From contig CM030337.1 of NCBI GenBank assembly GCA_017654855.1, positions 2,666,001-2,730,000 on the forward strand: a stretch of DNA of 64,000 nucleotides, given 5' to 3'. The translations under genes and the position numbers were made by a program. Each line of letters starts with the position of its first letter. Positions within the stretch are counted from its first letter, which is position 1. Of this stretch, positions 51,511-62,830 are shown piece by piece. The DNA is from Podospora anserina (lineage: Eukaryota). The notes under the pieces were generated by a model. It saw only the letters and a program-made list of their open reading frames with translations. It was not told the DNA's origin and made no database searches.

Positions 51511-51947
51511 TTTGGCGATTGAGGTAATAGAATGTCGATTGACTAGGCAAGGAACGGTGATGTTGTTCAGTGACCGTGTCGTCTTCCAGCCAGCAATCTC
51601 AAGATTGGACCAACAGCCTCAAAGTCGTCCAATGAATTGAACACCAGCTGAGGTGTGCCACGACACTGCTCAGCTCAGGCCCAAGCCTAAGGGACGTGTT
51701 TCCACTGTCAGGGGTCTCCTTTGGAGGCAATCGCCATTGGCCGAAGCTCGGGCGGCGGCCCCGCAGCGGGATGGACGGTGGATGGTCACAAAAATTTCCC
51801 TGGCAGGACCCCCAACATTTTTTTGGGGGAAGCGCGTTTCTCGTCTCCAAGCCCGAGCCATCCGGACCCTTTCAACCTTATTTCAGGACAAGACACCACT
51901 ACATCCGGGGACATCGCCATCTCGGAATACGCACGGCGATCAGACAC

Positions 51948-53035
51948 ATGGCTTCGCAAATCGCCCAGCTCCTGGAGAAGGCTCTCCACTTCTGGAATGC
52001 TGTCCCTCAGCCACTCCAGTACACCTTTGCTGCTCTCGGCGCTCTCTACGTTCTGAGGGGCGCTCTCAGCTTCGTCCGCCTCCTCTTGAACTCATTCATC
52101 CTCAGCGGTCCCAACGTAGGTGGCTTCACCTTTCGACAAAATTACACCAGAAGCATGCTAACCTCTCAATCTCGGAACAGCTTCGCAAGTATGGCAAGAA
52201 GGGCACCTGGGCCGTCGTCACCGGTGCGTCTGATGGTCTCGGCAAGGAGTTCGCCTCTCAGCTTGCCTCCAAGGGCTTCAACCTCGTCCTCGTCTCCCGC
52301 ACCCAGTCAAAGCTCGATGCTCTCGCCAAGGAGTTGCGTTTGAAGTGGTCCGGTCTCGAGACCAAGGTTCTCGCCATGGATTTCTCCCAGGACAACGATG
52401 AGGACTACGAGCGCCTGGCCAAGCTGATTGCTGGTCTTGATGTCGGTATCTTGATCAACAACGTCGGCCAGTCCCACAGCATCCCCGTATCCTTCCTCGA
52501 TACCGAGAAGACCGAGCTCCAGAGCATTGTCACCATCAACTGCCTCGGCACTCTCAAGACCACCAAGGTCGTTGCTCCCATCCTCGCTGCTCGCAAGAAG
52601 GGTCTCATTCTCACCATGGGCTCCTTCGCCGGCACCATGCCCACCCCCTACCTCGCCACCTACAGCGGCAGCAAGGCTTTCCTCCAGCACTGGAGCTCTT
52701 CTCTCGCCTCAGAGCTTGCCCCCCATGGCGTTGATGTTCAGTTTGTCATCTCTTACCTCGTCACCACTGCCATGAGCAAGGTTCGCCGCACCAGCCTCCT
52801 CATCCCTGGCCCCAAGCAGTTTGTAAAGGCTGCCCTTGGCAAGATTGGTCTCGACAGCAACGAGAACTTTCCCAACACCTATACCCCCTGGTGGAGCCAC
52901 AACGTGTTCAAGTGGATCATTGACAGCACTGTTGGCAACACCAGCGCTTTCACTATCTGGCAGAACAGGAAGATGCACGTTGACATCCGCAACCGTGCCC
53001 TCCGGAAGGCTGCCCGTGAGGCCAAGAAGCAGTAA
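51948..53035 (+). CDS. IFA38: Very-long-chain 3-oxoacyl-CoA reductase; intron 52116-52180
   Basis: N-terminal transmembrane segment, [51 protein letters not shown]. Confidence 0.93.
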
Positions 53036-53908
53036 AGGGTTGCCTTGGGGATAATGTAAGAGTAATGAAGGCATGGATGGGTTAGGAAAGGAAGAAAAAT
53101 AGGGTGGCAATGGTATTCATGGAAAAAGCGTCCATTTGGCGGGGTACATGATCAGCCGATGCTTTAGTTTGTAGACTGTTGTAATGACTTCGATTGGTTC
53201 TCGGGTTTTTGGATCTGCATAGAAATGGTATAACCATTGGTTCTCTATCTGTTTCTGTGCTATTTGTGAATGACAATGGGTCAGTTGGTCTCTAATTGCT
53301 GTTCTAACGCCAATGTCAACAACAAAACAAGCCCTTGGAGCAAGAGGTGACAGTGACGTGGTGGATGTGGTCTGTGCGTGCCGGTTGAGAGCTTGAACTT
53401 TGAAGGCGGTGACAGAGAGGGCTGCTCCCAATAAGGCTTAGCGCCTTCTACAGTCCCATGCAGCGCGTTCGCGTGTCCGTGCCATTCAGGTCGCTGCCAA
53501 TGATCCTTGCTCTCCAAAAATTGTTTACGGCCAGCCTCTTTCTTGTTTCCTGCCACTGACTGCGAAGGCGCCCATTCATCGTGACCACCGTCCCTTGCAA
53601 CCGAACAAGACCACGGCGAGCTTCCCGACAGCCCTGGAAGCATCTATTTGAGCTATAATCGCGATACGAAACACGGCATCTCTACGAAACAGCTGTTGAT
53701 TGCATCAGCCGGGGATAGAAAGGGCTTGGTTTGGTGTTGGTGTTCGTTCGACTGGCTGTCGCAGGGCCAAGCAGAGGACAGGAGCCGCAGGAGAACCGAG
53801 AGAGACCTTTCATCTCTCGACCTTCAATTGCCTTCCACGAACAGCTCAAAGGACCCCCGCGACCTGGGATGAGATTGTCTGCTATTATATTTGCTCGATA
53901 CCCCGACA

Positions 53909-56900
53909 ATGGAGCCCTCAACGCCCATGCGCCCCATCCCCGGCGCTTACATTAACACTCCTGCGCCAAACACCACGCGACGACAACTCTTTACCAACAA
54001 CCCTGGGAATGGTGTGCCACCACCTATGGCACTCCCACCCGCGAACCCAGTTGGCCCCGGCACTCAGGCTCTCGTGACAGGCCAGCTTCCGGCACCGCCT
54101 GTTGCCCGCGCAGACGTCCCTCTGATCGAAACGGCTGGTCATGTTGTCAACTCAAATCTCCTCAACGATGAGAGCTATCCTGACCTGGACTCATACTGCC
54201 GACGTGTGTATCATCTCTACGAGCTTCCGATTATCAGACACTGACAGACCTTGAAATAGCCGGCGCTTCCTCCGAGTATGACATCCATCCGCCGGACAGG
54301 CCATGGGCGCCTTTTCAAAAGACCCATATGTACCAAATTCCTGACCAGATCTTCGACTTCCTTAATGGGGGAGAGGTCTTCACGAAACTAGGCCTCTTCC
54401 CACAGCTCGGATATGCCTGGGCCTCCATCGATAGTTCGCTCTTCCTCTGGGACTACACGCATCCCACGCCAGAACTCATCGGGTACGAGGAATTGACCAC
54501 CACCATCACCGCCGTTGCCCTCGTTGCGCCAAAGCCAGGCGTATTCGTCAAGACCATTACACATATTCTCGTCATCTCCACAACAACCGATGTTGTTCTT
54601 GTTGGCGTGGCGGCCGAGACCAACGCGTCGGGAGCCAAGAAGGTCACGCTCTACCAGACCAAGATGGCTGTGCACCGTGGTGGCAGTGATGTCAGTTACA
54701 TCGTCGGAACCGCCAATGGGCGCATCTTTGTCGGTGGCGAAACGGACACCGACATCCACGAAATTGTTTACCAGCAAGAAGAGAGATGGTTCTCTAGCAG
54801 ATGCAGCAAAGTCAACCATACCCATCCCGGCTGGTCCTCTGTTGTACCACTGACCAACTTGCCATTTGGCCCCCGGCCACACGAACACCTCGTGGGTCTC
54901 TATGTTGACGATACTCGAAACCTTGTGTACTCGCTATCTGACCGGTCGACCATCCGAACCTATCACATGGAGGGCCCCGAAAAGCTCACCAAGGTGATTG
55001 AGAAGGACAAGACCAGCATCCTCCGCGACTTTGCCCACTTGGCTGCCCCATCACCTCTCTTCACCGACAGGACTACCATTGTGTCACTCAGTCCCATCAC
55101 CGCCACCGAGACGTCGAAACTCCATCTCATGGCTCTCACCGATACTGGCTGTCGCCTTCTTCTCAGCGCCACGAGCGCTGCTTCATACACCATCGGCGGC
55201 GGGTCATCCACCCTTCCTCCTCAAAGTATGCAGCTGCAGTTTATCAAGTTCCCTCCCAGGGAGGAGTACCAACGGACTAGGGATCACAGACTCCAACCTA
55301 TCGAGACGGTACTAGACAAGACATCGCAGCTTCTTGAAATTAGCGCAATGGGTGTGCGCTTCCCTCCAGGTTACTTCTTTGACGTCGTCCGTGACAGGAC
55401 CGCTGCTTCGGACAGGCTTTTTATCTCGACTCCCGATACGGGCCGGATCAAGTTGACACAGCCTACCTCGGCGCTGAAATACTTTGAGCAGGGCACGTGG
55501 ATCGACCTCGGCGCCGGCAACCGAACCATTGAGATCGGTTTGACGACCAAGCCTTTCTCGGCAAACAGTCAGCCTCTAGGCTTCGGCAATGAGCTCGCTG
55601 TTCAGTTCGACCAGGCTCCCGGGGAGTTTGCGATTCTCACAAACACTGGCGTACACATCATTCGCCGGAGAAGGGTGGTGGATATGCTTGCGACTGCCCT
55701 CAGATCTGTCCAAGGTCAGGGCGACGACGTGCTAGAGCTGGAGGTTCGCCACTTTCTTGCTCAGTACGGGAGAGTGGAAACCTGCTCGGCGGCGCTGGCA
55801 GTAGCGTGTGGTCAGGGCAACGACTCGCGGACGGGTATTGGGCGATCCTCGGACACCGGCCTTGCGAACCTTGCCCGCTTGGTATTTGTGGAATACGGTG
55901 GCCAAGCCAGAGTGGCGGAGTCAGACGGGCGCATGGCCCCTCAGGATTCTGTTAGGTTATCGTCCCGTCACGATGCGTTGGTGCTGTACTTTACCCGCCT
56001 TGTCAGGACACTCTGGAAAACCAAGGTCGTCACGATTGCCAAGGACGGCAAGGAGGTGACCTCGACCGTAGACGTCAAGAAATTGGTGCAGGTTCAGGAA
56101 CAGGTCGACCGTCTGGAGAATTTCTTGGAGACCAACAAGGGCACGATCCAAGGCCTCTCTGGCCCTCCCGGTACTCTGACAAACAGAAATGACGAGATTG
56201 CTGCGCAAAAGGAACACCAGGCTTTCCACGGCATGCGTCAGCTCATGAAGAGTGTGACGGAGGGCATTTCCTTCGTCACTATGCTTTTTAGCGAGAGAGT
56301 TGCGGATATCTATGGTCGGCTCGAACCTGCCGACCAACAAAGGCTCTCTCAGCTTACCTATGAGCACCTGTTCTCCCAGAAGCCCGGAAAAGACCTCGCA
56401 AAGGTGTTGGTCAAAGCAATCGTCAACCGCAATATCGCTAATGGCGCCAATGTGGATACGGTCGCTGATGGCCTGAGGAGACGTTGCGGGAGCTTCTGCT
56501 CGCCTGACGATGTGGTCATCTTTAAGGCCCAAGAGCAGTTGCAGCGCGCGAGTGACCAGGTTGCTAATGCCAGCGCCGCTCGTCTGCTGCTGGCCGAGAG
56601 TTTGAGACTCTTTCAGGAGGTCGCTGGCAGTCTTTCTGCCGACAACCTCGAGAGGGCTGTTAACCAGTACATCGAGCTCAAGTACTACGCCGGTGCTATT
56701 CAGCTGTGCTTGGTGGTTGCCAAGGAAAAGGACCGGGGCAACACTGCATTGACATGGGTTATGGATAACAGGCCGGCGGGTGATGTTCGTGAGAGGGCGT
56801 ACAATGCCCGGAAGAGCTGCTACATCCTGATTCAGCAGATTCTTGACGCGCTCGAGGGTTACCTCTCCACGGAGCCTGAGACGATTGATGGGCGCCAAAC

Positions 56901-58274
56901 GGTCGCTGCCACCAAGAGGAAAGAGGCCTACGATGTTGTTAACAACTCGGATGATCAAGTGTTTCACATTGACCTGTACGAGTGGTACATCTCCAAGGGC
57001 TGGATTGATAGGCTACTTGCCATTGACTCGCCACACGTTGAGGCTTACCTTCAGCAGCTCTCTGAGCAGAATTACACTCACGCTGACCTCCTCTGCCGGT
57101 GGTATACTCACCGTAACTTCTTCTTCCAAGCGGCCCAAGTCCAAGCCAACATTGCCAAGTCGGACATGGCCATCCCCATCAAACACCGCATCAAGCTGCT
57201 TGGTTTGGCCAAGGCAAATGCCAGTGTCAACACTGCTGGCGTGAGCCGTCAGCAGCAACAAATGTTGAACCATGAGGTGTCTGAAATGCTCGAGATGGCG
57301 CACATCCAGGATGATTTGCTGCAGAGATTGCTCGCAGACGGCCGGATAGACAACAGCAGGAAGGCCGAGGTCAATGACCATTTGAACGGGCCGATCCTCA
57401 GCGTGAACGAGGTACGTTCGAGTCCGTTTCGTTTACCAACAAGGACTCGTTTTGCTAACGTTGTGTTTTCTAGCTCTACAATGACTACATTGACCAAGCC
57501 GGGTACTACGACCTCAGCCTCTTGATCTTCCACCTTGCCGACTTCCAAAACCACCGCGTCATCGAGGAGACGTGGAGCAACCTCATCCACCAGGTCCACA
57601 ACGAGACGGAGATCAAGACGGAGCTGTGGAACAAGCGCGACGGGAATGGGGTACCTGCCGAGCTGCGGGATCAGATCCCCGAGGCTGAGCCGCCGAGGCC
57701 GTGGGAGTGTGTAGCGCAGAACGTGCAGATTATTGCTCACCGCGCCTCGCTGGACAGTCTCGTCTTCCCCGTCGACAAGGTCATCCCAATGGTGTGCGGT
57801 TATGCGATTGAGTACAACCAGGATTTGGAGAGCCCCAACTGGCCGATGGCGCTGTTTCAGCAGCTTCATGTCCCGCATGCGCTTATTGTGCAGGTGTTGG
57901 AGGGGGTGCTGGATGCGCAGGAGGTTCCTTTTGTGGGGAGGAAGAGGAAGAATGTGGCTGGCTGGGTTGTTGCTGTTGTGGAGGATTGGGTGACTTCGAT
58001 TCAGATGAGGGGGGGGAGGAATTCGGCTGATGCTGGGGGGGTTGGGGTTTGGGTTAGTGAGTTGTTGGGACGGGTGGATGCGTTGCTCAGGCAGTTTCAG
58101 TCTGCGGGGGCGAGGACGGAGGCGGATAAGAAGTTGAGAGACGAGGCTGCGCAGTTGAGGGGGGAGTTGGCTACCGTCAAGAGGAGGGTCGATGGGCTTG
58201 TTGCGGCGGCGGCGCAGGGGGGGATGGGGGGGAGTGTGATGGGAGGTTTTGGTTTTAGGGGCGGGTTGGCTTAG
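53909..58274 (+). CDS. NUP170: Nucleoporin Nup170/Nup155; introns 54204-54259 and 57412-57473
   Basis: YPDLDSY, GLFPQLGYAWASIDSSLFLWDY, YQQEERWFSSRCSKVNHT, GNELAVQF, LRRRCGSFCSPDDVVIFKAQE. Confidence 0.96.
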
Positions 58275-58786
58275 GAGTCGACTGCTGCTGCTGAGGCTGT
58301 TGTGGAGAAGAAAGGGGTGTCACTACCGGGGCGGAGTAAACCCCGTGGGGGGTATCACGAGGAGGAAGGGAGGAGGAAGAAAACGAGGATGAGACTTGGG
58401 TAAACTTATGTGGGAGTTTGAAACATAGATCGATTTTAGGGGAAAGCGAGCGGGGAAAAAAAGTCGAGATGGGAAGGGAATTTGGGAGGTTGTTGTTGTT
58501 AGGAGCATGGCTTGTGTAGGCAGGGTTTTTGATGTAATGTGTTGTACATAGTTATGGTGTAGGGATTGTTGGACTTTTTCAATGTCTTGTTTTGTCTAGC
58601 TAGTTTGGGGTGTTTTATGGGATTGGGGAGGGGGAGGGAGAAGGGGGGGAGAAAAGAAAATAGACAGTTACGTGTCAATTTTGTGTGTGTTTGAGGGTGA
58701 TAGTGATGATTTGAGTGAGTGTGAGGTTGATGTTTGAATGGGGAGAAAATGTGGTTGGCATGTGTAAAGGAAAGAGAGAACCTTTA

Positions 58787-59134
58787 CGGAGTCCCTTATT
58801 TATCTTATCAGTGCCCCCCTCCCTACCTATTAACTTACCTTTGCTATAATATAGTAAAAAGCCTTAAGAGAAAAATAATAAGCGTTTCATTTATCTTCAA
58901 AAGCCCTTGAATTATTTTCCATAGCCTTCAAACTCTATTTTAAAGCCCTTAAACTATCTTTTAAGCCTTGTTACCTATCTTTTAAGGCCTCCTAATTATT
59001 TTTTTTAAAAACTTTCAACTATTTTTAGAGCCTATTAAATACCATTCAACCCTTAATAATTATACTTTATAATATAGTCAAATCCTATATTCAGGGGAGG
59101 GTTGGTAAGATAAATAGATAAATAGGGGGCTCCA
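58787..59134. mobile_element. MITE-like element (348 bp) flanked by TA, Tc1/mariner-type
   Basis: TA then CGGAGTCCCTTATTTATCT at the left; AGATAAATAGGGGGCTCCA then TA at the right (imperfect inverted repeat). Very AT- and TpA-rich core with repeated AGCC(C)TT units. Confidence 0.75.
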
Positions 59135-59371
59135 TATAGGTTCTCTCATTACACACTACCTGATCAGGAATGGCTATGTAATCGATGCTATATATCTGTA
59201 CTTGATGTGCTATCTCTTTTGAAAGGGAAGAAGGAAAGCAGAGAGAGAATGTGGGTATGCGTGTTGCTGAGGCTCTGAAAAAGGAGGTACATGAAAGAAT
59301 GTGTGAAATGCCATCGGGTGGGAACAAAGTGTGGGTTGGGTTGTTGTGTCATTCATGTCGGTGGAGGGTTT

Positions 59372-61651
59372 TTAAGCATGCGCCTCGACCATCGGCTGGA
59401 TGACAGGGACAACACGAGAGGGTGGTTGATGTTGGGTGTGGTTGGCGGTGTTGGTCTCGACCTGAGGGTACAAGTCCTCATGCGTAGTGATAATATCCCA
59501 CGTCGCAACCTTAAACTCATCCAGAGATCGCAAGTTCTGTACCTCTTCTTCTTCTGCTCTCGTCGCCTGCCGCGAAGGCATGTTGTTCTGACCTTTCGGG
59601 GTGATCTTCTTGAAGAATACGTCCTCGCGGGCATCCTCCGGATGCAGCCAGGCGAGAAGGTCTGGCTGCGAGTAATGCCGGAAGTTTGTCGCCTTGCTCG
59701 AGATGAGAACTATAATCTTGTCGTGCATTTGGAAGCCTGGTTGTTGGGAGGCGGCTTGGAGCTGTGGGGGGACTGTGATGTTGAGCTTGAACTTGGGGTC
59801 GATGGCCTCTCTGGGGTAGACTTCGAAGCTGTCGGCGCCTTCGTCAGGGAAGATCTGTGTTATGCCGTAGGTTGGATCAAGGTTGAAGATGGTAATGAAT
59901 TGGGTGAGGGCTTCCTCTTCTTGGTTTAGTATCCGGATAGGGCGGGGTTCGGTGTTTTTGAAGACGACCCCGTACTGCACCTTAGCGGGAAGCGTGGGGC
60001 TGTTGGACCTGTTGACATCGTGGATCCGTTTTATCTCGAATTCGTACCTAGGGTTCCACGGATTTGTGGAATCTTCACGGGCGGCGAGGTTGGTGAGACG
60101 CTGGTAAGGGGAGAGGTGTTGAACGATGAGGGAGAGTGTTCTGGCAATGCTGTCGTCGTTATGGTCGAGGCTGGGGACATTCTCTATTATCTCTGTGTTG
60201 TTTTTGTGGACCACAAGGCTTGTCCCATCCTCAGAGGGCTTGACGTAAAAGGTGTCAGGACAAGTGACTTCTGGGACAATATCCGGATCAGAGTGTAGTC
60301 TCAAGTCAGCCGTGGGGCGCAATAGGTCTTCCGGTAGCTCTCTCCAGGAGTTTTGGAGACGAGTGGCTGTTTGATCAGAAAGATTGACTGTGTCAACGTA
60401 GATGACGGGGCGATGGTTGCGTTGGACCAAAACGGCGAACCAACCAACCTTGGGAATATTGGCAAGGTTGGATGTGGTCGGAACTCGCGCAGCAGCCGTC
60501 ATGTTGGTGACCTCGAGAATGATAGCTTCGGCAGCTCGCTCCTCGTCAGGGTTGAGTAAGCCGAAGGTGAACTGATCCGGTCTGTAGAGGGCGAAGCGGT
60601 CCCCAACCTCGACCCCATGAGAAGCACCCCTGCTGATGGTGACAAGAGTGAATCCCACTTCTTTCTTTGTCTTTGTGACATTGCCCTGCATCACGCCTGT
60701 AAGAGCCGACTTGGTATTTGTGCCAAAAGCCAGGCGGTTGCGGTTTCCGAGAAGCATGGGTTGTTGAGGGAAAATGTTGTTGCGGATGCCGGACTTGGAT
60801 ACAAGGTGAGTGATGAGCATATCGTAGGTGATTGGGATGATGGAATCTTTCAGCGCCGTCAAGGTTTTGTCGAGATGGTATGTCATTGTCCCCCTTCCAC
60901 CAGTTTCATATGCGAATTCACTTGGCTGACAGGCTGCGAGCAGATTGTGCCTCCGGTTGCGATACAGCCAGCTCTCCTGCACTATCACGTTGCGGCCATC
61001 TCCATCACCACGGCCCACTTCATTGCCAGAATCAATCTCATCATCTGAGTCCGAATCGGGAAAAGGACACCGAATGCTAACACTCTCAAGTCCGGCGGCA
61101 TCATGACCATCCAAAGCATCATGTCCACCACCAGAGCCTGAATGCAAGCTGTCCCGATCGGCGCCTCCTGAATGACAACAGTCGAGGGACACAAATACCG
61201 TGAGACCCAGCTCATTCAGCCCATCCAAAACATTGGAAAGCTCAACATCCATCAGGGGCTCTCCCAGAGTGCACAACCCCTCATCGTAGGCACCTGCAGA
61301 CTTCAAACCACCATTCTCTGGCTTATGGTAGATTGTTTTGGTGCGCATGCCGTGGCCAGAGTAGTGCAGGAAGAAAAGGGCACCAGGGCCGCTCGCAACC
61401 GCTCTTCCGGCGACCTCCTCAATCAGGGCAAGGACATTGGTTTTGGTCGGCAAAGTTTCCGGTGTCGACCCATGAGGGGACGTGAGGGTATGAACATTGC
61501 CGGCTGGAACGCGGAGGGTGGTTGTGAGGAGTGTATCGATGATGTCTACATCCTTGACACAACCGTATAGATTTTTGACATTGTTGTACTGCCCGCGGTA
61601 GTTGTTGATGCCAATCAACACGGCAAATATCTTCTCAGGTGCGACGGCCAT
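59372..61651 (-). CDS. Caspase-family (peptidase C14) protease with a long C-terminal extension, 759 aa, intronless
   Basis: IFAVLIGINNY, NLYGCVKDV, PTKTNV, FFLHYSGHG (catalytic His), VSLDCCHSGG (catalytic Cys), LLAACQPSEFAYE, GTMTYHL, QQPMLLG; ATG at 61651. Confidence 0.93.
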   Translation of the reverse strand: MAVAPEKIFAVLIGINNYRGQYNNVKNLYGCVKDVDIIDTLLTTTLRVPAGNVHTLTSPHGSTPETLPTKTNVLALIEEVAGRAVASGPGALFFLHYSGHGMRTKTIYHKPENGGLKSAGAYDEGLCTLGEPLMDVELSNVLDGLNELGLTVFVSLDCCHSGGADRDSLHSGSGGGHDALDGHDAAGLESVSIRCPFPDSDSDDEIDSGNEVGRGDGDGRNVIVQESWLYRNRRHNLLAACQPSEFAYETGGRGTMTYHLDKTLTALKDSIIPITYDMLITHLVSKSGIRNNIFPQQPMLLGNRNRLAFGTNTKSALTGVMQGNVTKTKKEVGFTLVTISRGASHGVEVGDRFALYRPDQFTFGLLNPDEERAAEAIILEVTNMTAAARVPTTSNLANIPKVGWFAVLVQRNHRPVIYVDTVNLSDQTATRLQNSWRELPEDLLRPTADLRLHSDPDIVPEVTCPDTFYVKPSEDGTSLVVHKNNTEIIENVPSLDHNDDSIARTLSLIVQHLSPYQRLTNLAAREDSTNPWNPRYEFEIKRIHDVNRSNSPTLPAKVQYGVVFKNTEPRPIRILNQEEEALTQFITIFNLDPTYGITQIFPDEGADSFEVYPREAIDPKFKLNITVPPQLQAASQQPGFQMHDKIIVLISSKATNFRHYSQPDLLAWLHPEDAREDVFFKKITPKGQNNMPSRQATRAEEEEVQNLRSLDEFKVATWDIITTHEDLYPQVETNTANHTQHQPPSRVVPVIQPMVEAHA

Positions 61652-62830
61652 TGTTGCTGGGACTGAAAGCTTCCAGTCTTGTGTCTTGAGTGAGGTTGGT
61701 AATTTTGGGCCCGGCAGGTCAACGAGTGTATTGATGAAAGTGATCACCGGGCAGATTGTGTGGCAGGGAGCATGAGCTTATATCCAAGTCAGTAAGCGTT
61801 CGGAGAGGTAGGAATTCTCAAGACAGTGGATGTCTTTTCCCAGCCTCGAACAGTATGTGCGGGTCAGGTAACCAGTGCAAGACACGTCACCAAATTGTTG
61901 GTGTCAAGTTACCTTGGGAAAAACAGAAGGTACGTACCAATGTGATCATTTTGCCATTGATATTCCACGCGGCATCGGCGGCAGAAGAAAACATCCAACC
62001 GTTAGATGAACGACGGTCACCTTACATATCCCTACATGTAACTTCCAATGTAACTCTGACACTGGGTAGAAGAACTTCATGATTTGATGAACTGCATGCA
62101 TACCTGATATTTTTTTTGGCCGAAGAGTCTAGATCCTCTCTCTAAGGTAAAATCGATAGAACTGCGCCAAATAAATACCGAGGGCCACACATATGCCAGA
62201 ACTGTGCCCTTGCATTGGTCAAAAGAGATGTTTTGGAAAAGGCCAGCCAAGACATTGACATATGGCCTTGGCGAGTCAGGACTCGTTAGATATTCGACCT
62301 GTCAATGTTTAGTGGGTGTCCTGTCTGCCTAACCAAGTCGCAAAGTACCTGCCAGAGATCAATGGAAAAGTGTTACATCTGATAACTATCGGCCACAGAC
62401 TCACGAAAGTGAAAAGATGGAGTGCCCATGACCAAGATGAAAAGCAGGGCGAACACCCCACACATCTACTAAAGTTTCCGATAGCATACATTGGAATTTT
62501 GTTGATAATTCCAAGAGTAAAACGGCAAGAAACTGAGCTTGGCATAAGGTACGAGTAGATCAGGCGGTAATTGAGCATATGCTGGCTGCCCAAGCTGAAC
62601 TGCAAGGTTGGACATGCAGAATTTCATGACAGACCCGGAACAGTCATTTGTTGGATCCGAGTCTGTCATCCCATCCTCCAGAGTTTTCGATCCCAGTTTT
62701 GGCAACTTTCTGTCTGAGCTCGAGACGAAATTTACCCCAGCAGTGGCCTTTCTGCCTCCAGCTTTGATAGTTTGATCTGAGCATCGGCACACATTGTTTC
62801 TCCAAGACCACCAACCAACCATTAGAGGAG

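Noticed and set aside
53281-53650. Structured ncRNA (SRP or RNase P-like) or a 120-aa ORF between IFA38 and NUP170
   Set aside because: Only fragmentary motif resemblance (GGGAGCAGC, GGGAAGCTCG) without the required GNRA loop or P4 partner; the ORF has no recognisable features.
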